Made by a program: the position numbers and the translations under genes
Shown here: in pieces, positions 54,674-64,000 of the stretch
Position numbering within the stretch: position 1 is the stretch's first letter
How the letters are laid out: every line of letters starts with the position of its first letter
Notes under the pieces: generated by a model
Databases searched by the model: none
Seen by the model: the letters and a program-made list of their open reading frames with translations, nothing else
Told to the model about the DNA's origin: nothing
Source: Thermoanaerobaculia bacterium
GTDB lineage: Bacteria > Acidobacteriota > Thermoanaerobaculia > Multivoradales > UBA5704
Direction: 5' to 3'
NCBI GenBank assembly: GCA_036002325.1
Contig: DASYTJ010000087.1
Coordinates: 149,188-213,187 of the forward strand
DNA: 64,000 nt

Positions 54674-56212
54674 CTAGCGCGGCTCGCCCGCCGCATGCGC
54701 CCGCTCCCATCGGCTCTCCTCGTCGCGCGGCAGCCGGCGAGCGGCATAGAGGGCGCACGCGAGGGAGAGCACGTTGGCAAGCAAGGCCCAAAGCAGCGCC
54801 GGGCGCAGATCGCCGAGCGCCACGCTCAGACGTCCGACCGTATAGGGTCCCAACGCCAGGCCGATGAAGGTGACGACCAGGAGATAGGCCGCCGAAGCGA
54901 CGGCGCGCATGCGCGGCAGGACGAGCTCCTGCACCGTCGATGCCCCAGGGCCGAGCCACAGCGACGAGACGATCAGCAACGGCACGGAGGCCACGTAGGC
55001 CAGCTTGGGATTCGACGCTCTCAGGAACAGAATCGCGAACGGTATCGCCAACACCGCCGCGAGCATCGTCACCCGCAGACGGCCGGTGGGCGAACGCCGC
55101 AGGAACCGATCGGCGAGAATCCCTCCCAGCGTCACCCCCAACCAGCCGCAGGCGGCGGAGATCCCACCGAGAATGAGACCCGCACGAGCGAGGCTCTCGC
55201 CATGCGCGCGGATCATGTAGGGAGCGATCCAGAAGCCGTAGCTGTAACTGGTGAAGGCGAGCAGCGCGATGGACAGGTTGGCGATATTCAGAGACGGCGT
55301 CCGCAGCACGAGCGCGAAGCAGGCGGGGTCCCGCAGCCGCAGCCCCTGCCCCCAGGAGACCGCGGCGTAGAGGCCGATACCCAACGAGTACCACTGCGCC
55401 GGATTGTCCAGCCAGCGGGTCAGCGCGGCGGCACCCGCGACACAGAGAGCCGCCGTCAGCAGGTTCGCCGACAGCGTTCGCCAGCGGCCGCCGCGCAGCC
55501 ACAGGTTCACCAGCGTGAACGGCGGCAGCACCGCCGCGAGCTCGCGGAAGAACTCCCGCCAAGGACGGGCCTCGGCGGTGGTCGCGACGCCGTCCGCCTG
55601 GCCGCGCACCGGCTCACGCAGCGAGCGGACCCACAGGGAGAGCAGGAGACCGGGCAGGCCCACCACCATGAAGGCCACCTGCCAGCCGTGCAGCCCCAGC
55701 GGCGGCGCCGTCCCGGCCCAGGCGGCGTCCCAGCGGTTGACGATCAGGCCGCCGATACCCAGCCCCAGACCGGCTCCGATATAGATGCCGCTCGAGTAGA
55801 CGCCGAGAGCGGTAGCCCGCCGCCGGGCAGGAAAGTAATCGGAGAGCAGCGAGTAGGCCGCCGGGCTGGCGCTCGCCTCGCCGACGCCGACGCCGAAGCG
55901 CGCCAGCGCGAGCTGCGCGAAACTCCCGGCCATCCCCGAGAGCGCGGTCATGGCGCTCCAGGCGGCGAGACCCCAGGCGATCAGCCGCCGCCGGTCCCAG
56001 ACGTCGGCCAGGCGGCCGAGAGGGATGCCGAAAATGGCGAAGAAGACGGCGAACGCGGTGCCGTAGAGGTAGCCCATCTGGGCATCCGTCACGCCGAGGT
56101 CGGACTTGATGCGCTCGGCGAGGATGGAGAGGATCTGGCGGTCGATGAAGTTGAAGACGTAGACGACGACCAGGACGCCGAGGACGTAGCGGGGGTAGCG
56201 CTCCTCGTTCAT
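54674..56212 (-). CDS. MFS transporter
   Basis: 12-14 predicted TM helices and an MFS motif (GRLADVWDRRRL). Start MNEERYPRY. Its last ~100 bp are duplicated at 53990-54090. Confidence 0.8.
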   Translation of the reverse strand: MNEERYPRYVLGVLVVVYVFNFIDRQILSILAERIKSDLGVTDAQMGYLYGTAFAVFFAIFGIPLGRLADVWDRRRLIAWGLAAWSAMTALSGMAGSFAQLALARFGVGVGEASASPAAYSLLSDYFPARRRATALGVYSSGIYIGAGLGLGIGGLIVNRWDAAWAGTAPPLGLHGWQVAFMVVGLPGLLLSLWVRSLREPVRGQADGVATTAEARPWREFFRELAAVLPPFTLVNLWLRGGRWRTLSANLLTAALCVAGAAALTRWLDNPAQWYSLGIGLYAAVSWGQGLRLRDPACFALVLRTPSLNIANLSIALLAFTSYSYGFWIAPYMIRAHGESLARAGLILGGISAACGWLGVTLGGILADRFLRRSPTGRLRVTMLAAVLAIPFAILFLRASNPKLAYVASVPLLIVSSLWLGPGASTVQELVLPRMRAVASAAYLLVVTFIGLALGPYTVGRLSVALGDLRPALLWALLANVLSLACALYAARRLPRDEESRWERAHAAGEPR

Positions 56213-57117
56213 TTCTTCGGCGATGCTGCCAGCAGGTCGAGAAGCATCCGGGACAGCGTGCGCGGGCAATGCACCTGCGGCATGTGACCGCAGCGGGGCA
56301 ACGGATGGAGCCGCGCGTCCGGCAGGAGAGAGGTGAGCCGGCGGCCGTAGTCGAGCGGCAGCACGCCGTCCTCCTCGCCCCAGATGAGATCGACCGGCGC
56401 CTTGATTTCGGCCGCCCGGGTCTCCAGGAAGTCCTCACGCCGCAGGCCGGCGACCAGGCGCGGCGCGGGCCCGGCGGCGACCCTCTGCACCACCGCGTCC
56501 AGCTCCGCGTCGGACGCCATGGGCACGTGAGGACCGCGGATGGCAGCCACCAGACGCTTCGCCTCGTCGCGGTTCTTGGGCGCGAGCGGCACCTGCAGAA
56601 CGGCGAAGATGCCGGAGCTGCTGATGCCGATGACGCGCTCGACCCGCTCGGGGTGGCGCGAGGCGTAGAGGAGTGACACCCAGCCGCCGAGAGAGTTGCC
56701 GATCAGGATGGCCGGCTGGCCGGGGCTCCGCGCGTCAAGCAGCGCGCCGAGGCTGTCCGCGAGGTCCCCCACCGGCAGCGGGCCTTCCGCCGGACCGCTC
56801 TCGCCATGGCCGGGCAGATCGGGAACGAGCAGGTGATATCGCCGGACGAGAACCGGCACGACGTCATGCCAATCGCCGGCCTGACTGCCGCTGCCGTGGA
56901 GAAGCACGACGGTCTTCCCCGCGCCCCCTTCGTAGTAGCGCAGCGAGCCGCGCGGGCCCTCGACCGTTCCGGGACGCAGGCCGGCGGAGACCAGGGCGGC
57001 GCGGGTCTCCGGAGCCGCGGTCGTCTTCGGCAGGCGCGGCTCCGGGGTCTGGGCAGCGCAGCCTGCGACAAGGAGCGAAGCAAGCGCCGGGATCGGGAGG
57101 GACCGAATGGCGCGCAC
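56209..57117 (-). CDS. Alpha/beta hydrolase (lipoprotein signal peptide)
   Basis: LLVAGCA lipobox; GNSLGG nucleophile elbow; HGxG. Confidence 0.7.
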   Translation of the reverse strand: MRAIRSLPIPALASLLVAGCAAQTPEPRLPKTTAAPETRAALVSAGLRPGTVEGPRGSLRYYEGGAGKTVVLLHGSGSQAGDWHDVVPVLVRRYHLLVPDLPGHGESGPAEGPLPVGDLADSLGALLDARSPGQPAILIGNSLGGWVSLLYASRHPERVERVIGISSSGIFAVLQVPLAPKNRDEAKRLVAAIRGPHVPMASDAELDAVVQRVAAGPAPRLVAGLRREDFLETRAAEIKAPVDLIWGEEDGVLPLDYGRRLTSLLPDARLHPLPRCGHMPQVHCPRTLSRMLLDLLAASPKK

Positions 57118-57141
57118 GCTTATCGATTTGCAACGTCGAGG

Positions 57142-57369
57142 TTAGACAGCGGCTGCGAAGACCTTCTCGACCTCTTCGGGAACCGCAATCGGAACGAAGA
57201 AGCGTCCAGGATAGAGATAGTCCTCACCGGACTCGTCGATGACGCGGATGAGGTCATCCTGTTCCGCGCGTGTATCTGGCAGGCGCTGGTAGATCTTCCG
57301 TAACTCGAGAGACGCGGGGTAGCCGGAATTATCCACGCAGACCACGTAGAGCGCTTCTTGTTTTTCCAT
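57142..57369 (-). CDS. Small hypothetical protein (75 aa)
   Basis: A 31-codon ORF (MIELENGSIRLHWYEAHGIGRQELKFKRYLD, ~57381-57476) lies immediately upstream. No domain recognised. Confidence 0.35.
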   Translation of the reverse strand: MEKQEALYVVCVDNSGYPASLELRKIYQRLPDTRAEQDDLIRVIDESGEDYLYPGRFFVPIAVPEEVEKVFAAAV

Positions 57370-57532
57370 GATCCTAGTCTAGGTAGCGCTTGAACTTGAG
57401 CTCTTGTCTTCCTATGCCGTGTGCCTCGTACCAGTGTAGCCGGATGGAGCCGTTTTCGAGTTCGATCATACCAATGCCCTTCCGTTTGCGCCAATGGGTC
57501 CGGCGATGAGGCGGAAGGGCGGCACCCCTGGT

Positions 57533-58585
57533 CTATCGTCCGGCCGTAACCGCCGCCAGGCGCTCCTTCAGATGCGACACGATCTTCGGCCCGTGGTCGC
57601 GGGAGTTCTCGATGAAGATGCGGTCCGTCCAGCGGCCGGCCTGCAGGGTGCCGGCGATGTAGAGGCCGGGGACGTTCGACTCGCAGGTCTCGGGATCGTA
57701 GGCCGGAATCAACGTCTCGGGATCGACCTCGACGCCGCAGTGCCGTTCAAAGGCGGCGTCCGGCACATAGCCGATGAGCACGTAGGCGGCCTGGGCGGGC
57801 AGGACTTCGGGTCCGGCCGGGCCCTCGACCTCGATCGCTCCCTCCGGGAGGAAGGCGCGTACGACGGTATGGAAGCGCGCGGGGATGGAGCCTTCCTCGA
57901 TGCGGTTCTCCATGTCCGGCTTGAGCCAATACTTGACACCCGGCTTGAGGGCCGGCCCGCGGTGGACCAGGCTCACCCGCACGCCGTTGCGCCACAGGTC
58001 GAGGGCCGCTTCGACGGCGGTGTTGCCGGCGCCGATGACGACCACGTCCTGGCCGAAATGCGGGAAGGGTTCCTTGTAACGGTAGGAAACCCAAGGCAGA
58101 TCTTCGCCGGGGACAACCAGCCGCCGCGGATTGACGAAGTAGCCGGTGGCGAGGGCCACGGCGCGGGCGCGGAGCGTGCGCGACCCCTGCCTCTCCCGCC
58201 GGGTGTGGACGACGAACTCCTCGCCTTCCCTGCGCACCTCCTCGACGTTTTCGTAGAGGGCCAGGGGAACCTTGTAGTGGTCCACCACGAGGCGGTAGTA
58301 CGCGAGGGCCTGCCGGCGAGTGGGCTTGTCGTCGGGGATGGTGAACGGGATATCCGCGATCTCCAGCCGGTCGCGGGTGGTGAAGAACTCCATGAACGTG
58401 GGATAGCCCTGGATCGCGGAGGTCAGCGGGCCGCGGTCGACCAGCAGCACGGAGAGTCCCTGCCGGCGCGCTTCGGCGCCGATCGCGATGCCGGTGGGCC
58501 CGGCGCCGACGACGAGAAGGTCGAGGGGTTCGGTCAAAAGGGGTCTACCTCCACAGATAGAAATGATCCACCGGCCCGTGTCCAT
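57533..58585 (-). CDS. ypdA: YpdA-family putative bacillithiol disulfide reductase (FAD/NAD(P)-binding)
   Basis: Strong end-to-end resemblance to Bacillus YpdA (LLVVGAGPTGIAIGAEARRQGLSVLLVDRGP...PTFMEFFTTRDRLEIADIPF...NVPGLYIAGTL). Confidence 0.75.
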   Translation of the reverse strand: MDTGRWIISICGGRPLLTEPLDLLVVGAGPTGIAIGAEARRQGLSVLLVDRGPLTSAIQGYPTFMEFFTTRDRLEIADIPFTIPDDKPTRRQALAYYRLVVDHYKVPLALYENVEEVRREGEEFVVHTRRERQGSRTLRARAVALATGYFVNPRRLVVPGEDLPWVSYRYKEPFPHFGQDVVVIGAGNTAVEAALDLWRNGVRVSLVHRGPALKPGVKYWLKPDMENRIEEGSIPARFHTVVRAFLPEGAIEVEGPAGPEVLPAQAAYVLIGYVPDAAFERHCGVEVDPETLIPAYDPETCESNVPGLYIAGTLQAGRWTDRIFIENSRDHGPKIVSHLKERLAAVTAGR

Positions 58586-59345
58586 TCCCTTTCCCTACCG
58601 GATAAGCCGCGGCCATGGCGCCGTGCAGATATTGAATGGCTCCTTCGACGGCCTTCGGCAGCGGGTCCCCCGCTGCCAGGCGCGCGGCGATGGCCGAGGA
58701 GAGGGTACAACCTGTGCCATGGGTCGAGGTGGTGCGGAGGCGCGGGTGCGCAAAACGATGGACTTGACCGGCCGCGAGGAGCAGATCAACCACCTCGTCG
58801 CCCTCGGCATGCCCGCCTTTGGCGAGCACGGCAGGTCCCTTGGCGGCCAAGGTCTCAGCCGCCCGGAGCCGCTGTTCCTCGCTCGCGGCCGGCTGCCCGG
58901 TCAGCGTCTCGAGCTCGGGGACGTTCGGCGTCACCAGCGTCGCGAGCGGCAGGAGCTCCGTCGCGAGGGCCTCGACGGCGTCCTCGCGCAGCAGCCGGTC
59001 GCCGCTCTTCGCCACCATCACCGGGTCCAGGACGACTGGAACGCTGGTCCCCGCGAGATGCGTCCGCAGGCGGTCCGCCACGGCGTGGATGACCCCGGCG
59101 CTCCCCAGCATGCCGATCTTGACGGCATCGGCACCGATATCCTCCAGGACGGCATCGATCTGGGCCGCCACCATCTCCGGCGGCACCTCCAGAACGGCCC
59201 GCACCTCGCGGGTGTTCTGGGCCGTCAACGCGGCGATGACGCTCATGCCGTAGGCGCCGTGCGCCGCGAAGGTCTTGAGGTCGGCCTGGATGCCCGCGCC
59301 GCCGCCGGAGTCCGAGCCGGCGATGGTGAGGAGACGGGCCCTCAC
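58545..59345 (-). CDS. thiD: Hydroxymethylpyrimidine/phosphomethylpyrimidine kinase
   Basis: [20 protein letters not shown] start and PfkB-family ThiD motifs. Confidence 0.85.
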   Translation of the reverse strand: MRARLLTIAGSDSGGGAGIQADLKTFAAHGAYGMSVIAALTAQNTREVRAVLEVPPEMVAAQIDAVLEDIGADAVKIGMLGSAGVIHAVADRLRTHLAGTSVPVVLDPVMVAKSGDRLLREDAVEALATELLPLATLVTPNVPELETLTGQPAASEEQRLRAAETLAAKGPAVLAKGGHAEGDEVVDLLLAAGQVHRFAHPRLRTTSTHGTGCTLSSAIAARLAAGDPLPKAVEGAIQYLHGAMAAAYPVGKGNGHGPVDHFYLWR

Positions 59346-60148
59346 GCTTCCCGCGCCTGGAGCCTCTGCCGTCTCACCCAGGCGATCCCCAGCGCGATCA
59401 CCAGCACGGCCATGCTGATGACCTGGGCCAGAGTGAAGTTGCCGAAGAAGCGGTCGTCCTTGGCGCGCAGGAACTCGATCAGGAACCGCTCGACAGCCAT
59501 AAGACCGAAGACGGTGAGAGCGACCGTGCCGGTTTGGGGACGGCGCTTGAAAAGCCAGACGGCGAAGGCCCAGACGGCCAGCGCGATGGCGGTCTCATAG
59601 AGCTGCGTCGGGTGGACGCGCACCAGCGCATCGTCCGGCACCGAAGAGGGCACCTGCATGTGAAAGATCTGGCGCAAGTTTCCCGCCGTGGTCTCGGGCA
59701 GCCCCACCGGGAAGGCGACGCCCCAGGGCAGATCCGTGGGCCGGCCGTAGTCGTCGCCGACCAGGAAGCAGCCGATGCGGCCGATGGCATAGCCGAGGGC
59801 GAGCGCCGGCGTCGCCACGTCCAGCATCGGCCAGGCGGGGAGGCGCCGCCGCCGCATCATCCACAGCACGCCGGCGGTGCCGAGGATGAACCCGCCGTAC
59901 CAGACGAGCCCTGAGCGGTCGAAGAGCAGCCGCCAATCCATGTTGAGGATGGCGTAGTAGATCTTGGCGCCGAGGATGCCGCCCAGCCCCGCGGCGAAGA
60001 CAATGGCGCTCGCGTCCTCGTCGTCGCCGATGCCCAGCCGCTTCATCCCCCAGCGGAGCTGGAGGTAGCTGCCGAGGAAAGAGAAGACCAGCATCACCCC
60101 GAACGGGCTGATGGAAAACGAGCCGATGTGGAAGATTTCTTTGATCAT
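59342..60148 (-). CDS. lgt: Prolipoprotein diacylglyceryl transferase
   Basis: Start [17 protein letters not shown]. Lgt signature [23 protein letters not shown]. Confidence 0.85.
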   Translation of the reverse strand: MIKEIFHIGSFSISPFGVMLVFSFLGSYLQLRWGMKRLGIGDDEDASAIVFAAGLGGILGAKIYYAILNMDWRLLFDRSGLVWYGGFILGTAGVLWMMRRRRLPAWPMLDVATPALALGYAIGRIGCFLVGDDYGRPTDLPWGVAFPVGLPETTAGNLRQIFHMQVPSSVPDDALVRVHPTQLYETAIALAVWAFAVWLFKRRPQTGTVALTVFGLMAVERFLIEFLRAKDDRFFGNFTLAQVISMAVLVIALGIAWVRRQRLQAREA

Positions 60149-60482
60149 GATGGGAGGGGCCGCGGCCCGGCGCAATCGTAGCACGGGGTAGCCGATCCCC
60201 AGGACCAGTCACATCGGCGGTTGCCGCGCCGCCGGCCCTCACCACCCCAACCCCTCCTCTCCCACCGCACACCCTTCCGCCGGGAGAGGAGGGGCTCTGA
60301 AAAAACAAACTTCATCCGTCTCCCTCCTCTCCCGGAGGGCGGGCGTGAGGTGGGAGAGGAGGGCCGGGGAGGTGAGGGGCCCGGCGGCGGGATAGCGCTA
60401 GAGGAGATCGACGACGGCCGAATCGGGCCAAAGGCAGCTCGGCCGGCCGCCGGGATACACTACCCGCTCAGGGAACCACACG

Positions 60483-60731
60483 ATGGGCGACGACGACCGG
60501 GTGACGTACGAAGCTTCCCTCGGAGAGCCGGTAGCCGGCGAGCCGGTGCGGCTGTACGTCTGGGTTCGCCGGTTCCGAGGGGAGGAGGAGCTGACGGGCC
60601 GCTACGAGGTCTTCGAGGATCTGGCGCGCCTCGACGACTTCATCGCCCGCGTCTCGGCCTCCGGCGTCGACGTGGCCGGGCTCAACAGCGCACGCCAGCG
60701 CTTCGCCGAGAGCCTGGGCAAGACCCCCTGA
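60483..60731 (+). CDS. Small hypothetical protein
   Basis: 82-aa ORF upstream of, and possibly co-transcribed with, the DHH gene. Confidence 0.35.
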   Translation: MGDDDRVTYEASLGEPVAGEPVRLYVWVRRFRGEEELTGRYEVFEDLARLDDFIARVSASGVDVAGLNSARQRFAESLGKTP

Positions 60732-60743
60732 GACCGCCGCCTC

Positions 60744-61841
60744 ATGATCACCGAGGCCACCCGCGAGTGCTTCGCCGCGCTGACGGAGATGATCCAGCGC
60801 CAAGGCCGGGGCGGCCGCTGGCTCGTCCTCACCCACGACAACCCCGACCCCGACGCGCTCGCCTCCGCCCAGATCCTGGCGCGGGTGCTGCGGCAGGCGT
60901 TCCGCCAGAAGGTCACCGCCGCCTACGGCGGCATCATCGGCCGCGCCGAGAACCGCGAAATGGTGCGCAGCCTGCGCCTCTCCTTCAGCCACATCCGCCA
61001 CCTGAGCTTCAAGAACTACCGCCACTTCGCGCTGGTGGACACCCAGCCGCGCAGCGGCAACAATCAGCTCCCGCCGCGGATCGTGCCGGACATCGTGATC
61101 GACCACCATCCGGTGCGGGCCAATACCCAGACCGGCCCGTTCTACGACATCCGGCCGAAGTACGGCGCCACGGCCACCATTCTCGCCGAGTACATGCTCG
61201 CCGCCGGGGTCCAGCCCACCCATGCCCTGGCCACGGCGCTGATCTACGCCCTCCGCTCCGAGACCCAGGACTTCGCCCGCGAGTACGCCGGGCCCGACAA
61301 GGCGATTCACGACCTCTTCTTCCCGCGCGCCAACCACCGGCTCCTCGCCCGCATTCAGAGCCCGCGCCTGCCCTTCACCTACTTCAGCAACCTGCACGAC
61401 GCCCTGGAGAACATGGAGTCGGTCGACTCGCTCATCCTCAGCCATCTCGGCCCCATCGAGCAGCCGGACATCGTGCCCGAGATCGCGGACCTGCTGCTGC
61501 AGATGGAGGGGAAGACCTGGGCTCTCGCGACCGGCTACTACCAGGACCGTCTCTACCTCTCGATCCGTACCACCAACACCCGTGCCGACGCCGGCGGTCT
61601 GATGCGCCGGGTCATCGGCCGCCGGGGCAAGGGAGGCGGACACGGAATGATCGCCGGCGGCTGGATCGATGCGAGCAAGGTCACCGGCCCCGCCGAGCGG
61701 CGGGAGATGCAGAAACGGCTGGGAATCCGGCTGGCGAAGGAGCTGAAGAAGAACCCCGAAAAGATCGGCAGAATCGAGCTGCGGGTGAAGGCCGAGGAGC
61801 CGCCGGCGGAAGCGAAAGAGGGATCCAAGAAGACAGTTTGA
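60744..61841 (+). CDS. nrnA: DHH-family phosphoesterase (NrnA-like bifunctional oligoribonuclease / pAp phosphatase)
   Basis: DHH motif (LTHDNPDPDALASAQIL, IDHHP) and DHHA1 (GGGHGMIAGG). Confidence 0.7.
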   Translation: MITEATRECFAALTEMIQRQGRGGRWLVLTHDNPDPDALASAQILARVLRQAFRQKVTAAYGGIIGRAENREMVRSLRLSFSHIRHLSFKNYRHFALVDTQPRSGNNQLPPRIVPDIVIDHHPVRANTQTGPFYDIRPKYGATATILAEYMLAAGVQPTHALATALIYALRSETQDFAREYAGPDKAIHDLFFPRANHRLLARIQSPRLPFTYFSNLHDALENMESVDSLILSHLGPIEQPDIVPEIADLLLQMEGKTWALATGYYQDRLYLSIRTTNTRADAGGLMRRVIGRRGKGGGHGMIAGGWIDASKVTGPAERREMQKRLGIRLAKELKKNPEKIGRIELRVKAEEPPAEAKEGSKKTV

Positions 61842-61842
61842 A

Positions 61843-62112
61843 TTACCGCTGCCGCCGGACGATGCGCTCTAGAGCCCGTCGGTCGAGCCGCACCTTGGCG
61901 ACCGGCTGGCCGTCGCGCAGCAGCACCGGGACGACGTCCGTATAGCGGGCCCGCAGCTCCGGCTCGGCGTCGACGTCGCGAGGCGACCAGGTCAGGCCGA
62001 ACGAAGGGAGAATTTCGTCGAGCAGCCCGGCCATCTCATCGCAGAGGTGGCAGCCTTCGCGGGTGACGAGCTCGTAGGAAGCGGATGGGATCGTGCGGTG
62101 GAACAGTTTCAT
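61843..62112 (-). CDS. Glutaredoxin-like (thioredoxin-fold, CxxC) small protein
   Basis: 89 aa with a CHLC active-site-like motif near the N-terminus. DUF836/glutaredoxin-2 type. Confidence 0.5.
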   Translation of the reverse strand: MKLFHRTIPSASYELVTREGCHLCDEMAGLLDEILPSFGLTWSPRDVDAEPELRARYTDVVPVLLRDGQPVAKVRLDRRALERIVRRQR

Positions 62113-62154
62113 TCCGGGCGTGGTGGACCGTAGCGGTTCAGGCTGGCTGTGAAT

Positions 62155-62352
62155 TTCGGACCGGTATGCCCTCCGAAGCCCTCACCCCCTGTCCCCCTCT
62201 CCCTGACGGGCGAGGGGGGACCCGTCATAACCCGATTGCCGAAAAAAGGTAGCCTCGACCTCGGCGAGATCCCTTCGCATGCGTTCCCCCTCGCCCGTCA
62301 GGGAGAGGGGGACAGGGGGTGAGGCTTCGGAGGGCATGCGGGTCCGCAGTCT
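62155..62352. repeat. Long-armed palindromic repeat element, copy B
   Basis: Arms TCGGACCGGTATGCCCTCCGAAGCCCTCACCCCCTGTCCCCCTCTCCCTGACGGGCGAGGGGGGA and its reverse complement, with a single-base bulge. The loop is homologous to copy A. Confidence 0.8.
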
Positions 62353-62377
62353 TCGATCGAGCTGAACCACTACCTGC

Positions 62378-63916
62378 TCACTCCCACTCGATCGTCGCCG
62401 GAGGCTTGCTCGTCACGTCGTAGACGACCCGGTTGACCCCCTTCACCTCGTTGACGATGCGATTGGCGACGCGGCCGAGGAGCTCGTAGGGCAGCGGGCT
62501 CCAGTCGGCGGTCATGAAGTCGGCGGTCTCCACGGCGCGCAGGGCGACGACGTTCTCGTAGGTGCGGTAATCGCCCATCACGCCGACGCTCTTGACCGGG
62601 AGGAGGACGGCGAAGGCCTGACTCGTCTTGTCGTACCAGCCGCTCTCGCGCAGCTCGTGGAGAAAGATCGCGTCGGCTTCCTGGAGCAGCGCCACCCGTT
62701 CGGGCGTGACCTCGCCCAGGATGCGCACGGCGAGGCCGGGACCGGGGAAGGGATGCCGGGTGAGGATCTGCTCGGGAAGCCCCAGCTCGCGGCCGAGCTG
62801 GCGCACCTCGTCCTTGAACAGGAAGCGGAGCGGCTCGACCAGCTCGAAGCCCAGCTCCTCGGGCAGCCCGCCGACGTTGTGGTGGGATTTGATGACCGCC
62901 GAGGGCCCTTTGACCGAGACCGACTCGATGACGTCCGGGTAGAGGGTGCCCTGGGCGAGGTAGTCGGCGCCTTGAATCTTCTTCGCCTCGTCCTTGAAGA
63001 CGTCGATGAACACGCGGCCGATCGTCTTCCGCTTCTGCTCCGGATCCTCGATCCCCGCGAGCTCGGAGAGGAACCGCCGGCTCGCGTCGACCGCCAGCAC
63101 CGGGATGCCGAGCCCGTCGTGCAGGCTGTGCATCACCTGCGCCGCCTCGTCCTTCCTCAGTACACCGGTGTCCACGAAGATCGGCGTCGAGCGCTCGCCC
63201 ACGGCGCGCTGCAGCAGGGCCGCGACCACCGAGGAGTCGACGCCTCCCGAGAGGGCGCAGATCACTCTCCCCTCCCCTACCCGCTCGCGCACGGTGGCCG
63301 TCGCCTCCTCCAGGTAGGAGGCCATCCGCCAATCGCCGCGGGCGTCGCAGATGCCATACAGGAAGTTGCGGAGGATCTCGCCGCCGGAGACGGTGTGCGA
63401 GACCTCCGGATGGAACTGAATGCCATAGAGGCGGCGTTCCGGAGCTTCAAAGGCGACCACGCCTGCGTTGCCAGTGGTGGCCGTCGCGCGGAAGCCGGGC
63501 GGCAGGTGGCGCAAGCGGTCGCCGTGGCTCATCCAGACCGTCTCGCACGCCGCGAGCCCCTCGAACAGCCGGCCGGACTCGGCGATCGAGATCTCGGCCC
63601 GGCCGTACTCGCGGCGGCTCGAGCCCTCCACGCCGCCGCCGAGCTCGTGCGCCATCACCTGCATGCCGTAGCAGATCCCCAGCACCGGCACGCCGAGCCG
63701 GAACAGCGCGGCGTCGGCGCTGGGCGCGCCGGGCTCGTAGACGCTCTGCGGGCCGCCGGAGAGGATCAGGCCGAGCGGCTGCCGGCGGCGGATCTCCTCC
63801 AGGGGCAGGTCGAACGGATGGACCTCGCAGTAGACCCGGTTCTCGCGCACCCGGCGGGCGATCAACTGGGTGAACTGGCTGCCGAAGTCGAGGATGAGGA
63901 CAATTTGGTGGTTCAT
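62378..63916 (-). CDS. guaA: GMP synthase (glutamine-hydrolysing)
   Basis: GATase domain ([20 protein letters not shown]) and ATP-PPase SGGVDSSV motif; C-terminus ...PPATIEWE. 512 aa. Confidence 0.9.
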   Translation of the reverse strand: MNHQIVLILDFGSQFTQLIARRVRENRVYCEVHPFDLPLEEIRRRQPLGLILSGGPQSVYEPGAPSADAALFRLGVPVLGICYGMQVMAHELGGGVEGSSRREYGRAEISIAESGRLFEGLAACETVWMSHGDRLRHLPPGFRATATTGNAGVVAFEAPERRLYGIQFHPEVSHTVSGGEILRNFLYGICDARGDWRMASYLEEATATVRERVGEGRVICALSGGVDSSVVAALLQRAVGERSTPIFVDTGVLRKDEAAQVMHSLHDGLGIPVLAVDASRRFLSELAGIEDPEQKRKTIGRVFIDVFKDEAKKIQGADYLAQGTLYPDVIESVSVKGPSAVIKSHHNVGGLPEELGFELVEPLRFLFKDEVRQLGRELGLPEQILTRHPFPGPGLAVRILGEVTPERVALLQEADAIFLHELRESGWYDKTSQAFAVLLPVKSVGVMGDYRTYENVVALRAVETADFMTADWSPLPYELLGRVANRIVNEVKGVNRVVYDVTSKPPATIEWE

Positions 63917-64000
63917 AGCTCCGTTTCCGACTTCAATTCCCGCGTCATCAGCTCCTCCACCGCCCGCCGGGGGTCCTTGCCGTGATAGAGCACCGCCACC
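63913..64000 (-). CDS. 3' end of an unidentified upstream gene (partial); its stop overlaps the guaA start (ATGA)
   Basis: Reverse-strand frame reads ...[28 protein letters not shown]. Too short to assign. Confidence 0.3.
   Translation of the reverse strand, partial: VAVLYHGKDPRRAVEELMTRELKSETEL

Noticed and set aside
54545-56287. 580-aa + ORF
   Set aside because: Antisense to the MFS transporter and alpha/beta hydrolase genes.
57400-57530. Possible tRNA-like sequence (GTTCGAGTTCGATC)
   Set aside because: There is no cloverleaf. The T-arm-like motif is imperfect, and no acceptor stem or anticodon arm could be formed by eye.
62182-62370. 62-aa minus ORF inside palindromic element B
   Set aside because: It lies within the hairpin arms and loop, which are better explained as a non-coding repeat.

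Overview
High-GC (~65-70%) chromosomal segment, most likely from an Acidobacterium: it carries three tandem paralogs of the Acidobacteria-specific VWFA-related domain family (TIGR03436). No rRNA, tRNA or CRISPR array was seen by eye. Throughout the high-GC DNA the opposite strand is full of long shadow ORFs.

The housekeeping backbone is mostly on the minus strand:
- ppdK (3' truncated by the window edge).
- glyS-glyQ-recO.
- A conserved era-corC-ybeY-pgpH-phoH operon.
- hbd, tsaE, nnr, thiD, lgt, guaA.

Accessory and more unusual content:
1. A divergent NHEJ locus: ku, and ligD with the domain order ligase-polymerase and no phosphoesterase domain. ku is followed in apparent operon by a DUF1304 gene and two unknown genes.
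2. A 1632-aa eukaryote-type multidomain acetyl-CoA carboxylase-like protein whose biotin-carboxylase domain begins mid-ATP-grasp.
3. A 21-bp direct and inverted repeat array (~21480-21880) between recO and an XRE-HTH gene.
4. A 2.68-kb IS1-family-derived transposon (25837-28517) with perfect 21-bp terminal inverted repeats and an 8-bp target-site duplication (ATCGCCTG). It carries four cargo ORFs, including an RHH-like and a GIY-YIG-like protein.
5. Two copies of a ~180-bp long-armed palindromic repeat element (36.5 kb and 62.2 kb).
6. A MarR-family regulator with vicinal cysteine pairs, a duplicated palindromic operator and an intrinsic terminator, immediately upstream of arsM.
7. A diverged ~100-bp duplicate of the MFS gene 3' end flanking an orphan RHH gene, next to a small Cys-rich secreted peptide gene.
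8. Bacillithiol-system markers (ytxJ, ypdA).
9. A KirBac-type K+ channel, a TIGR02996+LRR protein and a galactose-oxidase-like/Calx-beta protein.
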